Shown here: positions 27,244 through 36,344 of the stretch, piece by piece | How positions within the stretch are numbered: the first letter of the stretch is position 1 | How the letters are laid out: each line of letters begins with the position of its first letter | Origin: Longimicrobiales bacterium | GTDB lineage: Bacteria; Gemmatimonadota; Gemmatimonadetes; Longimicrobiales; Gaopeijiaceae | Assembly: GCA_041690395.1 (NCBI GenBank) | Contig: JAWLHJ010000005.1 | Location: 480,001 to 544,000, forward strand | Reading direction: 5' to 3' | DNA length: 64,000 bases | Program-made: the position numbers and the translations under genes | Notes under the pieces: model-generated | The model's input: only the letters and a program-made list of their open reading frames with translations | Database searches by the model: none | Told to the model about the DNA's origin: nothing

Positions 27244-28729
27244 GCCCTCGACGACCTCCTCCCGTGGGGCGGTGTCCGTCCCGATCGTGCTCGCGCTCGT
27301 CGGGGGAGCGGTGGTGGCGCTCCTGGTCGCCGCGCTCCTCGTCACCATCGGGGAGCGACGGGGGGAGACGCTTCAGCCCTACGATCTGATCGTCGCGGTC
27401 GACGAGGACGTTACGGACCCCGAGGTCTGGGGCATCAACTTCCCGAGCCAGTACGAGAGCTATCTGCGCACGACGGACTGGGAGCGGACCCGGCACGGCG
27501 GGAGCGACGCGATTCCCCGGCAGAAGCTGAACGAGGATCCCTGGCTGCGGGCGATGTGGTCCGGGTATGCGTTCAGCATCGACTACCGGGAGTCGCGCGG
27601 GCACGCCTTCACCCTCCACGATCAGGATCACACGCAGCGTGTCCTCCAGCGATCCCAGCCGGGGGCCTGCCTGCATTGCCACGCCTCGGTCGGTCCGCTG
27701 TACCGGTACCTCGGCGACGGCGACGAGATGGCGGGCTTCGTCGAAGCCAGCGGCATGAGCTGGGAGGAGGCGCGCTTCATGACCGACGACGACGGTCGCC
27801 CGCTCGTGGAGCACCCGGTGAGCTGCGTCGACTGTCACACGCCGGGGACCATGCGGCTGCGTGTCACCCGGCCGGGCTTCATCAACGGGATCCGGGAGCT
27901 CAAGGCCTCCCAGGGCATCGAGGACTTCGACCCGAACCGCGACGCCACGCGGCAGGAGATGCGCACCTTCGTGTGCGGGCAGTGCCACGTCGAGTACTAC
28001 TTCGATCCGGACAACAACAAGGCCGTCACCTACCCGTGGTCAGAAGGGCTGCGGGCGCACGAGATCGAGGCGTACTACGACGAGATCGGCTTCAGCGACT
28101 GGACCCACGGCACCACGGGCGGCGGGATGCTCAAGGCCCAGCACCCCGAGTTCGAGATGTGGAACCAGGGGGTCCACGCGTCGGCCGGCGTGACGTGCGC
28201 CGACTGTCACATGTCTTACGAGCGCGAGGGTGCGCGTAAGGTATCGAACCACCATGTGCGCAGTCCGCTCCTCAACGTGAATCCGGCGTGCCAGACGTGC
28301 CACACGGCCGCCGAGGACGAGCTCCTGGCCCGCGTCGAGCGGATCCAGACCCGGACCGACGACCTGATCGACCGGGCCGCGGAAGCGCTCGTCGATCTCA
28401 TTACGGTGATCGCCGCCGCCCGCGAGATCGGCGCCGCCGACGAAGATCTGGCGGAGGCCCTCCAGCTGCAGCGGCGGGCCCAGTGGCGTCTCGACTTCAT
28501 CTACTCCGAGGGGTCGCGCGGATTCCACGCGCCGCAGGAGGCGGCCAAGGTCCTGGCGGAGTCCATCGACTACGCTCGGCAGGGGGAGCGCGTGGTCGCC
28601 GAGCGCTGGGGGGCTGGACTGGACAGGGGATCCGTGGACATCATGCCGGTCGACGGAGTGACGCCGGACTCGCTCGCGCCCGGAAGGGAGGGGCCGACGG
28701 TGCCGGGTTCCTCCCCGGATCCACGCTGA
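27227..28729 (+). CDS. nrfA: Ammonia-forming pentaheme cytochrome c nitrite reductase
   Basis: WGINFPSQY, GYAFSIDYRESRGH, five heme motifs, CGQCHVEYYF, KAQHPEFE, GFHAPQE. Confidence 0.93.
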   Translation: MPHSDEPSTTSSRGAVSVPIVLALVGGAVVALLVAALLVTIGERRGETLQPYDLIVAVDEDVTDPEVWGINFPSQYESYLRTTDWERTRHGGSDAIPRQKLNEDPWLRAMWSGYAFSIDYRESRGHAFTLHDQDHTQRVLQRSQPGACLHCHASVGPLYRYLGDGDEMAGFVEASGMSWEEARFMTDDDGRPLVEHPVSCVDCHTPGTMRLRVTRPGFINGIRELKASQGIEDFDPNRDATRQEMRTFVCGQCHVEYYFDPDNNKAVTYPWSEGLRAHEIEAYYDEIGFSDWTHGTTGGGMLKAQHPEFEMWNQGVHASAGVTCADCHMSYEREGARKVSNHHVRSPLLNVNPACQTCHTAAEDELLARVERIQTRTDDLIDRAAEALVDLITVIAAAREIGAADEDLAEALQLQRRAQWRLDFIYSEGSRGFHAPQEAAKVLAESIDYARQGERVVAERWGAGLDRGSVDIMPVDGVTPDSLAPGREGPTVPGSSPDPR

Positions 28730-28787
28730 GACGTCCCGCCGGGGCGCCTCGCCGCACCGACCCCACGCGCTTCCACGGAGCCAGCCG

Positions 28788-29360
28788 GTGACCCTCTACG
28801 CGACCCTGATCACCCTGCTGGCCGGAGCCTCGCTGGTGGCGCTCGCGCTGGCCGTCGCGCTCGCCGTGGCGCTGGCCGTGCCGGGTGCGCGCTCCTCCCT
28901 GGTGGAAGGTTTCGTCGGGCGTGCGGCGCACCCCATCGGGTGGGCCTGGGGCGTAGCGCTGGTCGCCAGCGTCGGCAGCCTGTATCTGTCGGAGGTCGTG
29001 GGGTTCGTGCCCTGCCTGTTCTGCTGGTACCAGCGCATCGCCATGTATCCCCTGGTGTTGGTGCTGGGTGTGGGGATGCTCCGCGGGGACGCGGCCGTGT
29101 GGCGCTACGCGCTACCCCTTCCCGTGGTCGGGGCGCTGATCGCCGCGTACCACGTGACGATCCAGCTGCAGCCCAGCATGGACGTCGGCGTGTGCAGCGC
29201 GGGAGTCTCGTGCTCGGCCCGCTACCTGGCGGTGTTCGGCTTCGTGTCGATTCCCGTGATGGCGGGGGCGGGATTCCTGCTGGTGGGTGTGCTGATGGCG
29301 TGGGTGCGCTCGATCGAGCGCGCGGAAACGTGGTCTGACGAGGAGGAGGCGGGACGATGA
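28788..29360 (+). CDS. Disulfide bond formation protein, DsbB/BdbC family
   Basis: GSLYLSEVVGFVPCLFCWYQRIAMYP, second Cys pair CSAGVSC, FGFVSIPVMA. Confidence 0.88.
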   Translation: MTLYATLITLLAGASLVALALAVALAVALAVPGARSSLVEGFVGRAAHPIGWAWGVALVASVGSLYLSEVVGFVPCLFCWYQRIAMYPLVLVLGVGMLRGDAAVWRYALPLPVVGALIAAYHVTIQLQPSMDVGVCSAGVSCSARYLAVFGFVSIPVMAGAGFLLVGVLMAWVRSIERAETWSDEEEAGR

Positions 29361-30964
29361 GGAGCCTGACGATGGGGGCCCGGCGGCGCGCCGGCGCCGC
29401 ATGGCTGGTCGTGGTCGTGGCCGGCGCCTGCGGGGGAGGGGATCCCGACCGAGAGGAGGTGCTCGAGGCGCTCCAGACGCGCCCCGAGGCGACCGACTTC
29501 GTCGAGACGAGTCGCTACGCCGACGTGATGGACTTCCTGGAGACGGTCGTGCCCCTCGACGACCGCATGCACCTCACGACCTTCGGGTACACTACCGAAG
29601 GGCGTGCCCTCCCCATGGTGGTCGTCGGCGCGCCGGACGAATCGCCGGACGCGGTGCGTTCGACGGGTAAGCTGCGGGTCTACCTGCAGGGCGGAATCCA
29701 CTCGGGCGAGGTCCCCGGAAAGGAGTCGCTGCAGATGCTCCTCCGGGAGATCGCCCGGGGCCGGCACGACGCGCTGCTCGACGAGATGGTGCTCCTGATC
29801 GCGCCGATCTACAACGTGGACGGAAGCGAGCGGGTGGCGCTCGACAACCGCCCGCTCCAGCACGGACCCATCGGCGGCATGGGACAGCGCCCGAACGCGA
29901 TGGGGCTCGACCTCAACCGCGATCACATGAAGCTCGACGCCCCCGAGTCCAGGGGGCTGACGCGCATGCTGACGGCATATGATCCGCACGTCGGGGTGGA
30001 CCTGCACACGACGAACGGAACGCGGCACGGGTATCACCTGACCTACAGCCCGCCGCTGCATCCGGACACGCCGGAGTCGATCGACGCGCTGCTGCGCGAC
30101 CGCTGGCTCCCCGAGACCACCGAACGGATGCTCCAGCGCACCGGTTGGCACACATACTACTACGGCAACGTCTTCGCGCCGGGTCCGGACGAGGAGCCGG
30201 GGTGGGCCACCTTCGACGCTCGTCCCCGCTTCGGCACCAACTATCTCGGGCTCCGGAACCGCATCGGCATCCTGAGCGAGGCATACTCCTATCTGACGCT
30301 CCGGGACCGGATCGAGGCGACGCGGATCTTCGTCGAGGAGGTCCTCGGCTTCGCCCAACGGAACGCCGACGCCATCGAGGAGGCGGTCGCCGCGGCCGGC
30401 GCGCTGCCCATCGTCGGCCAGGAAGTGGGCGTCCGCTCGGAGATCGAACGTTCGGCCGAGCCCGTCGACATCCTGATGGGCGCCGTGGACACCGTCTATC
30501 ATCCCTACGCGGGCGAGCCGATGCTCCTGAGGCGGGAAGAGACCCGGACCGTCGAAATGTACGAATGGGGCACCTTCGCCGCGGTCCACTCGGTCGTCGC
30601 CCCCGAGGCGTATTACCTGCCTCCGGAGCTCGCCGACGTGGTGGAGCGCCTGCGAGCCCACGGCGTGGTCGTGGAGGACGTCGAGGGCGCCAACTTCGTC
30701 GGCGGAGAGGCGTTCGGCGTCAGGTCAGCGACGTCGGCCGAGCGGCCGTTCCAGGGACGGGTGGAGCGCACGCTGGGAGGCGCCTGGCGGCCGGAGACCG
30801 TGGCCATGCCCGAGGGCACGGTCCGCGTGCCGGTCGACCAGCCGCTCGGCCGGCTGGTCGTCCATCTGCTCGAGCCGGAGGCGGAGGACGGGTTCGCCAA
30901 TTGGGGGCTGCTCGACGCCTGGATTGCGGTCGGTGAGGACTATCCGATCGTGCGGGGGCCGTAG
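29357..30964 (+). CDS. M14 family zinc carboxypeptidase, lipoprotein
   Basis: IHSGEVPGKE (HxxE), DLNRDHMK, DLHTTNG; lipobox AGAC. Confidence 0.88.
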   Translation: MRSLTMGARRRAGAAWLVVVVAGACGGGDPDREEVLEALQTRPEATDFVETSRYADVMDFLETVVPLDDRMHLTTFGYTTEGRALPMVVVGAPDESPDAVRSTGKLRVYLQGGIHSGEVPGKESLQMLLREIARGRHDALLDEMVLLIAPIYNVDGSERVALDNRPLQHGPIGGMGQRPNAMGLDLNRDHMKLDAPESRGLTRMLTAYDPHVGVDLHTTNGTRHGYHLTYSPPLHPDTPESIDALLRDRWLPETTERMLQRTGWHTYYYGNVFAPGPDEEPGWATFDARPRFGTNYLGLRNRIGILSEAYSYLTLRDRIEATRIFVEEVLGFAQRNADAIEEAVAAAGALPIVGQEVGVRSEIERSAEPVDILMGAVDTVYHPYAGEPMLLRREETRTVEMYEWGTFAAVHSVVAPEAYYLPPELADVVERLRAHGVVVEDVEGANFVGGEAFGVRSATSAERPFQGRVERTLGGAWRPETVAMPEGTVRVPVDQPLGRLVVHLLEPEAEDGFANWGLLDAWIAVGEDYPIVRGP

Positions 30965-31008
30965 GGGTAGCGCCGCGTCCGGGCGGGCCGCCCCGGCGGC
31001 ATCGTGGC

Positions 31009-31047
31009 CCGTGGAGGGGGGCGCGCCCGGCGCGCCCCCCTCCACGG
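31009..31047. terminator. Perfect 19-bp inverted repeat between convergent genes; likely bidirectional terminator or RNA hairpin
   Basis: CCGTGGAGGGGGGCGCGCC-C-GGCGCGCCCCCCTCCACGG; no U-tract. Confidence 0.6.
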
Positions 31048-31059
31048 CGCGGGCGGACC

Positions 31060-33657
31060 TCAGGCGTCCAGCGTGCGCTCCGGCGCGGGGTCGCGGAGGT
31101 TGTAGCGCGACGACATGACGTGCCCGTAGGCGCCGGCATTGGCGATGAGGAGCACGTCGCCCGCTTCGGTCGGGGGCAGCAGCCGGTCGAGCCCCAGCAC
31201 GTCGCCGGTCTCGCAGATCGGCCCGACGACGTTCACCCGCTGGGTCGCGTCCTCCCCGATCCGTGACAGGTTCACGATCTCGTGGTACGCGCCGTAGAGC
31301 GCCGGTCGGATGAGCGAGTTCATGCCGGTCGCGATGCCCACGTAGCGCACGGCGCCCTTGCCCTTGGTCTGGTTCACGCGGGCCACCAGCACGCCCGCTT
31401 CGGCGACCACGTAGCGACCCGGCTCGATCCAGATCTCGACACCGGGAAGCGCGCCCCTCACCTCGACCAGCCCCTCGGCCAGCGCCGAGAGGTCGAGCGG
31501 GTTCTGCGCCAGCTTCTCCGGCACGCCGAGCCCGCCGCCCACGTCGATCACTCCGACATCGGGGAAGCGCTCACGGACTTCGCCAAGGGTGGCGGCCAGC
31601 TCGGACCAGTGGTCGGGGGTCAGGATCCCGCTCCCCGAGTGCGCGTGCAGCCCCACGACACGGCCCCCGGCTTCGTCCGTCAGGCGCGCCAGCTCGTCGA
31701 GCTCGAAGAGCGGCACGCCGAACTTCGCGTGGGTGCCCGCGGTCCGGACCTTTTCGTGATGTCCCTTGCCGACGCCGGGATCCACGCGCACGAAGATCTC
31801 ACGTCCTTCGAAGAGCTCCGGCCACAGGCGGAGAGGCTCGACGGAGTCCAGGGTGGTGCGCACGCCCGCCTCGAGCGCGTCACGGTACTCCTCGCGGGGC
31901 GCGAAGTTGGGCGTGAAGAGGATCTCCGAAGGATCGAGGTCCGGGAAGCGCTCCAGCACCCGGGCGATCTCACCGGGCGACACGCACTCGAAGCCGACGC
32001 CGGCCGCCCGGACGCGGTCGAGCACCGGCCCAAAGGCGTTCGCCTTCATCGCGTAGAGAACACGGTCGACGCCTTCGATGCCCTTCAGTGCGCGCAGGCG
32101 GGCATCGACCGTCTCGAGGTCGTACACGTAGGCACAGAGGTCGTCTCCGAGCCGGGCCACCAGCGCGTCCCGCTTCTCCTCCCACCACCGTGCCGGGCGC
32201 CTCGGGAGATCGGCCGCCCCGGGGCGGAGCTGCTCCCAACTCGGTCCGAACACCTCCGGGCTGCCGGCGTCGGCGATGAGCTGCGCATGCAGCAGTCGAA
32301 CGAGGCGGTCCGCCTGCTCCTCGTCGACCACCACGGTCAGGTTCAGGTCGCTGGCCGCCTGAGTGACGAGGTGGATCCGCTGCTGCTCGAACACCTCCAG
32401 GGCAGGCCCCAGCTTGTGAAGCAGCGCGCGGATGCGCCGTCCGACGAGGCTCACCGCCGCGCAAGGACGGATGACGGACACCTTGCAGAGCCGTCCGAGC
32501 TCCTCGGTGAGCTCCTCCATGGCGTCGGTCTCGAGCAGGTTCGCCTCGGCGTCGAGGGAGACCGTGACGTTGGTCTCGGACGTCGACACGAGATCGACCG
32601 AGATCCCCAGCCTCCGGAAGACGTCGAACGCCTCGGCCAGGAAGCCGACCTCCTGCCACATCCCGACCGTCTCCATGGAGATCAGCACCACGCCCTTCTT
32701 CCGCGAGATCGCCTTGACCTGTGCGGGGCCCTCGGCAGCGCCCCGGCGGATGACGGTGCCCTCCATCTCGGGATTGGGCGTGCTGTAGATGTGGATCGGC
32801 ACGGCGTGGTCCCGCAGCGCCGGAATGCAGCGGGGGTGGAGCACCTTGCTTCCCGTCGTGGCGATCTCCTGCGCCTCGCGGTAGTCCAGCTGCCGGAGTA
32901 GCCGCGCGGACGGCACCACGCGCGGGTCGGCCGTGAACATGCCGGGCACATCGGTCCAGATCTCGAGGCGCTCGGCCTCGAGCTTGCCGGCGAGGTAGGC
33001 GGCCGCGGTGTCGGAGCCGCCCCGGCCCAGCACGACGGTCTCGCCTTCGGGGTTCCGGGCCGTGAACCCCTGCGTGACCGGCACGCCGGCCACCTGCGCC
33101 AGACGGGCCGCGGTGGCCCGGTCCGGGCCGGAGTTGCATTCGGCCGACAGGTAGGCCGCGCTCTCCGAACCGTCGTCGTCCTCGACGCTGGTGAGCAGCT
33201 CCCGGACGTCGACCCACGTGCCGCCCAGCCCCTTGGCGTTCAGGTACGCCGCGCCGATGCGCGTCGCCATCCGCTCGCCGAACGCCAGGATGCGGGCGCG
33301 GGTCCTGGGGGTGGCCTCGCGCAGGAGCGCGACCCCTTCGGCGAGCTCCCGCAGCTCGCGCCGATCGGGGGCCAGGAGGTCGATCGTCTCGCGCGGCAGG
33401 AAGCCCAGGTCGGCGGCCAGCGCGTCGTGCCGGGCCTCGATCTCCGCCAGGAGCTCCTCGTGGGTGCCTTCGAGCGCACGGGCCGGAAGGGCCTCGAGTA
33501 TGTTCGTGACACCGGCGAGCGCGGAATGGACGACGACCGGACGGAAGCCTTCGTCGAGCCGGGCGCGGACGACGTCGGCGATCGTTTCCCAGTTGTGGGC
33601 GCTCGCGACGGACGTGCCGCCGAACTTCAGGACGAGCCAGGAGGGACGGGAGGTCAT
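31060..33657 (-). CDS. lysAC: Bifunctional aspartate kinase / diaminopimelate decarboxylase
   Basis: KFGGTS, LGRGGSDT, WTDVPG and ACT domains, then LYAMKAN (PLP Lys), HAHSGSG, IEPGRY, GPICETGD, GAYG. Confidence 0.93.
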   Translation of the reverse strand: MTSRPSWLVLKFGGTSVASAHNWETIADVVRARLDEGFRPVVVHSALAGVTNILEALPARALEGTHEELLAEIEARHDALAADLGFLPRETIDLLAPDRRELRELAEGVALLREATPRTRARILAFGERMATRIGAAYLNAKGLGGTWVDVRELLTSVEDDDGSESAAYLSAECNSGPDRATAARLAQVAGVPVTQGFTARNPEGETVVLGRGGSDTAAAYLAGKLEAERLEIWTDVPGMFTADPRVVPSARLLRQLDYREAQEIATTGSKVLHPRCIPALRDHAVPIHIYSTPNPEMEGTVIRRGAAEGPAQVKAISRKKGVVLISMETVGMWQEVGFLAEAFDVFRRLGISVDLVSTSETNVTVSLDAEANLLETDAMEELTEELGRLCKVSVIRPCAAVSLVGRRIRALLHKLGPALEVFEQQRIHLVTQAASDLNLTVVVDEEQADRLVRLLHAQLIADAGSPEVFGPSWEQLRPGAADLPRRPARWWEEKRDALVARLGDDLCAYVYDLETVDARLRALKGIEGVDRVLYAMKANAFGPVLDRVRAAGVGFECVSPGEIARVLERFPDLDPSEILFTPNFAPREEYRDALEAGVRTTLDSVEPLRLWPELFEGREIFVRVDPGVGKGHHEKVRTAGTHAKFGVPLFELDELARLTDEAGGRVVGLHAHSGSGILTPDHWSELAATLGEVRERFPDVGVIDVGGGLGVPEKLAQNPLDLSALAEGLVEVRGALPGVEIWIEPGRYVVAEAGVLVARVNQTKGKGAVRYVGIATGMNSLIRPALYGAYHEIVNLSRIGEDATQRVNVVGPICETGDVLGLDRLLPPTEAGDVLLIANAGAYGHVMSSRYNLRDPAPERTLDA

Positions 33658-33779
33658 GGGTCGTGGGGCGCGGGATCGTGGAATCGGCGCAGAAAGGTAA
33701 GATCCCGCCCCTGGCGGTGGCATCCCGCTCGACTATATTCGGTTTTTCTTCGGTCTCGCCAAAAGCAAGGAGAACGACC

Positions 33780-34274
33780 ATGACAGGCGCGATGATGTTG
33801 CCCGAGTTCGACCAGGAGTTCGCCGAGACGCGGAAGACGCTGGAGCGCGTGCCGGACGGAAAGTTCGACTGGAAGCCGCACGAGAAGTCCTTCTCGCTCC
33901 GGGACCTGGCCGTGCATCTAGCCAACATCGCCGAGTGGCTTCCCATCACGCTCGAGACGGACGAGCTCGACTTCACGGCCGCCTCGTTCGAGCCCTTCGA
34001 GCCTGGCTCGACCGCCGAGATCCTCGACCGCTTCGACGGCGCGGTGGCGAGCGCGCGCAAGGCGTTGGCCGGCGCGACCCCCGAGCAGCTCTCGGAGACG
34101 TGGACGCTGAAGTCGGACGGCGAGGAGATCTTCACCATGCCGAAGGCGGTCGTGATCCGGAGCTTCGTCTTCAACCACAACATTCACCACCGGGCGCAGC
34201 TGGGCGTCTACCTGCGCCTGCTCGACGTCCCGGTCCCCGGCCCGTACGGGCCGTCGGCGGACGAGAACGGCTGA
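33780..34274 (+). CDS. DinB family protein
   Basis: WKPHEKSFSLRDLAVHLA...NHNIHHRAQLGVYLRLLDVPVPGPYGPSADE; AAGGAG RBS. Confidence 0.9.
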   Translation: MTGAMMLPEFDQEFAETRKTLERVPDGKFDWKPHEKSFSLRDLAVHLANIAEWLPITLETDELDFTAASFEPFEPGSTAEILDRFDGAVASARKALAGATPEQLSETWTLKSDGEEIFTMPKAVVIRSFVFNHNIHHRAQLGVYLRLLDVPVPGPYGPSADENG

Positions 34275-34391
34275 CCCGCGGGCGCGACGTGCACTCCCCT
34301 CCTTCAGGGACCTGTTAGCTTTTCGGGGCCTCCGGTGCCCGCGTGTTCGCGCGCGGCACCGGAACTCTCCCGTACCTCCGCACGTCGATCC

Positions 34392-36221
34392 ATGAAGAAT
34401 GTCGCTCGCCGCACGTATGTCCGCCGGCTTCGTCCGCTCGCGCTCGCCTTTCTGCTCGCCGTGGTGGCGGCCGCTCCTTCATCGGCTCAGGTCCACCCAT
34501 TCGAGCTCGATACGCTCCTCGTGACCGGGGCGTCGCGCCTGCCCGGGGGCGCCGTCGGTCGGGTCGTCACGATCGTCGACAGCGAAGCGCTCTCCCGCCA
34601 ACCCGTCAGAAGCGTGTCCGAAGCCATCGGCTGGGCGCTCGGGAGCGATCTGCAGGTCCGCTCTCCCGCCCAGGCCGATCTGTCGCTCCGCGGCGTCTCG
34701 TACGAGGGGGTTCTCGTGCTGGTGGACGGGGTGCGCATGAGCGACCCGCAGACGGGACACTTCGACCTGGATCTCACAGTGCCGCTGGAGCGGGTGGAGC
34801 GGATCGAGGTCCTGCTCGGGCCGGCGTCGGCGCAGTTCGGTGCGGATGCGGTCGGGGGCGTGGTCAACGTGGTCACGCGGAGCGACTGGACGGGCGGTGA
34901 TCTCCGGACCGAGGCCGGGTCCTTCGGTCGTTGGGCGGTCGCGGGCGCGGGCGGGACACGGGCGGGCGAGTGGGACGTGAGCGGTGGCGTGGAGCGGAGC
35001 GAGTCCGACGGCCACCGGGAGGGGACCGACTACGAGATTCTCCTGCTCGACGGCGCGGCCTCGGGACCGGTCGGAGCCGGCCGCGTCGACGTCGCGCTGG
35101 GCCACGGCCGGCGGAACTTCGGCGCGGCCGACTTCTACGGTCCGTTCCCGGCGTACGAGCGGACGCGCACCACCACGGGCTCGGTAGGCTGGAGCGCGAC
35201 GCTCGGCTCGCTCGAGGTGACGCCCCGGGTCACCGCACGCCGGCACACGGACGACTTCATCCTGATCCGCACCGACCCGTCGGTGTACCGGAACAACCAC
35301 GTCTCCGAGCAGCTCGGCGCCGACGTCGCGGCCCGTGCGTCGCTGGGCTCGGACCGTGAGTTGGCCTTCGGTGGCGAATGGATCCGGGAGATGCTCGAGA
35401 GCAACGCGCTCGGGGACCGGAGCCAGGATCGCCTGGCCGCGTTCATGGAGATGACCACCCCGGTGGGCCCGGCCCGCGCGACCGGGGGGGTGCGGGTGGA
35501 TCGGCGCGAAGGCTTCGAGACGTTCGTGTCGCCGTCGCTGTCCCTGTCCGTGCCGGCGGGTGACGGGCTGCGCCTCCGGGGGCAGGTCGGCCGCGCGTTC
35601 CGGACGCCGACGTGGACGGAGCGGTACTACGAGGATCCGGCCAACCTCGGGACTCCGGATCTCGAGGGCGAGAGGTCCTGGTCGGTCGAGGGGGGCTTCG
35701 ACGCCTTCCTGCCGGCCGGCGCCGTCGTGCGCGTGACCGCGTTCCGACGCCAGTCCGACGACCTCATCGACTGGGCCCGCCCGGCCGACGAACCCGATGC
35801 GCGCTGGAGGACCCGGAACGTCGAGTCCGCCACCTTCGACGGCCTCGAGCTCGGTGGCTCGATCGGTTCTCTGCGCTCGGTGCTGGTGTCCGGTTACGCC
35901 ACCTGGCTCGACATCGAGACGTCGGAAGCCGAGGGCTTCGCGTCGAAGTCGACGCTGCGCCCCCTGAGCCGGTCGCTCGGCCTCGCGGTCGAACGGGCGT
36001 TCGGGGACCGGGCGAGGCTCCGTGTCCACGCCCGGGACCAGACGCGGATCGAGGAGGCAGGCGTCTTCCTGCTCGACGCCCGCGTCGGCGTCGACGTGGC
36101 CTTCGGGGAGATCTTCGTCGGTGGGACGAATCTGACCGACTCGGAGTACGCGGATCTCTCCGGGCTGCCGGCCGAGGGGCGCGGGCTGGCGATCGGCGTC
36201 CGGACCCGGTTGGGCGGGTGA
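34392..36221 (+). CDS. TonB-dependent receptor
   Basis: TonB box DTLLVTG, plug LVLVDGVRM...ERIEVLLGPASAQFGADAVGGVVNVVT, barrel motifs AFRTPT and NL. Confidence 0.9.
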   Translation: MKNVARRTYVRRLRPLALAFLLAVVAAAPSSAQVHPFELDTLLVTGASRLPGGAVGRVVTIVDSEALSRQPVRSVSEAIGWALGSDLQVRSPAQADLSLRGVSYEGVLVLVDGVRMSDPQTGHFDLDLTVPLERVERIEVLLGPASAQFGADAVGGVVNVVTRSDWTGGDLRTEAGSFGRWAVAGAGGTRAGEWDVSGGVERSESDGHREGTDYEILLLDGAASGPVGAGRVDVALGHGRRNFGAADFYGPFPAYERTRTTTGSVGWSATLGSLEVTPRVTARRHTDDFILIRTDPSVYRNNHVSEQLGADVAARASLGSDRELAFGGEWIREMLESNALGDRSQDRLAAFMEMTTPVGPARATGGVRVDRREGFETFVSPSLSLSVPAGDGLRLRGQVGRAFRTPTWTERYYEDPANLGTPDLEGERSWSVEGGFDAFLPAGAVVRVTAFRRQSDDLIDWARPADEPDARWRTRNVESATFDGLELGGSIGSLRSVLVSGYATWLDIETSEAEGFASKSTLRPLSRSLGLAVERAFGDRARLRVHARDQTRIEEAGVFLLDARVGVDVAFGEIFVGGTNLTDSEYADLSGLPAEGRGLAIGVRTRLGG

Positions 36222-36344
36222 CGGTCGCTCGGCCGTCGTGCTCACACGATACGTGCGCGCTGGGGCGGGTAACCCCTAAGTTGACGTTGTGACGAACCTT
36301 CCCCACCCGCGGAGCCGCCGTCAGGTGGACTTCGCCCCCGGCTC

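Noticed and set aside
34275..34391. Cobalamin riboswitch upstream of the TonB-dependent receptor
   Set aside because: The leader is only about 115 nt with no B12-box, so the substrate is left unassigned.
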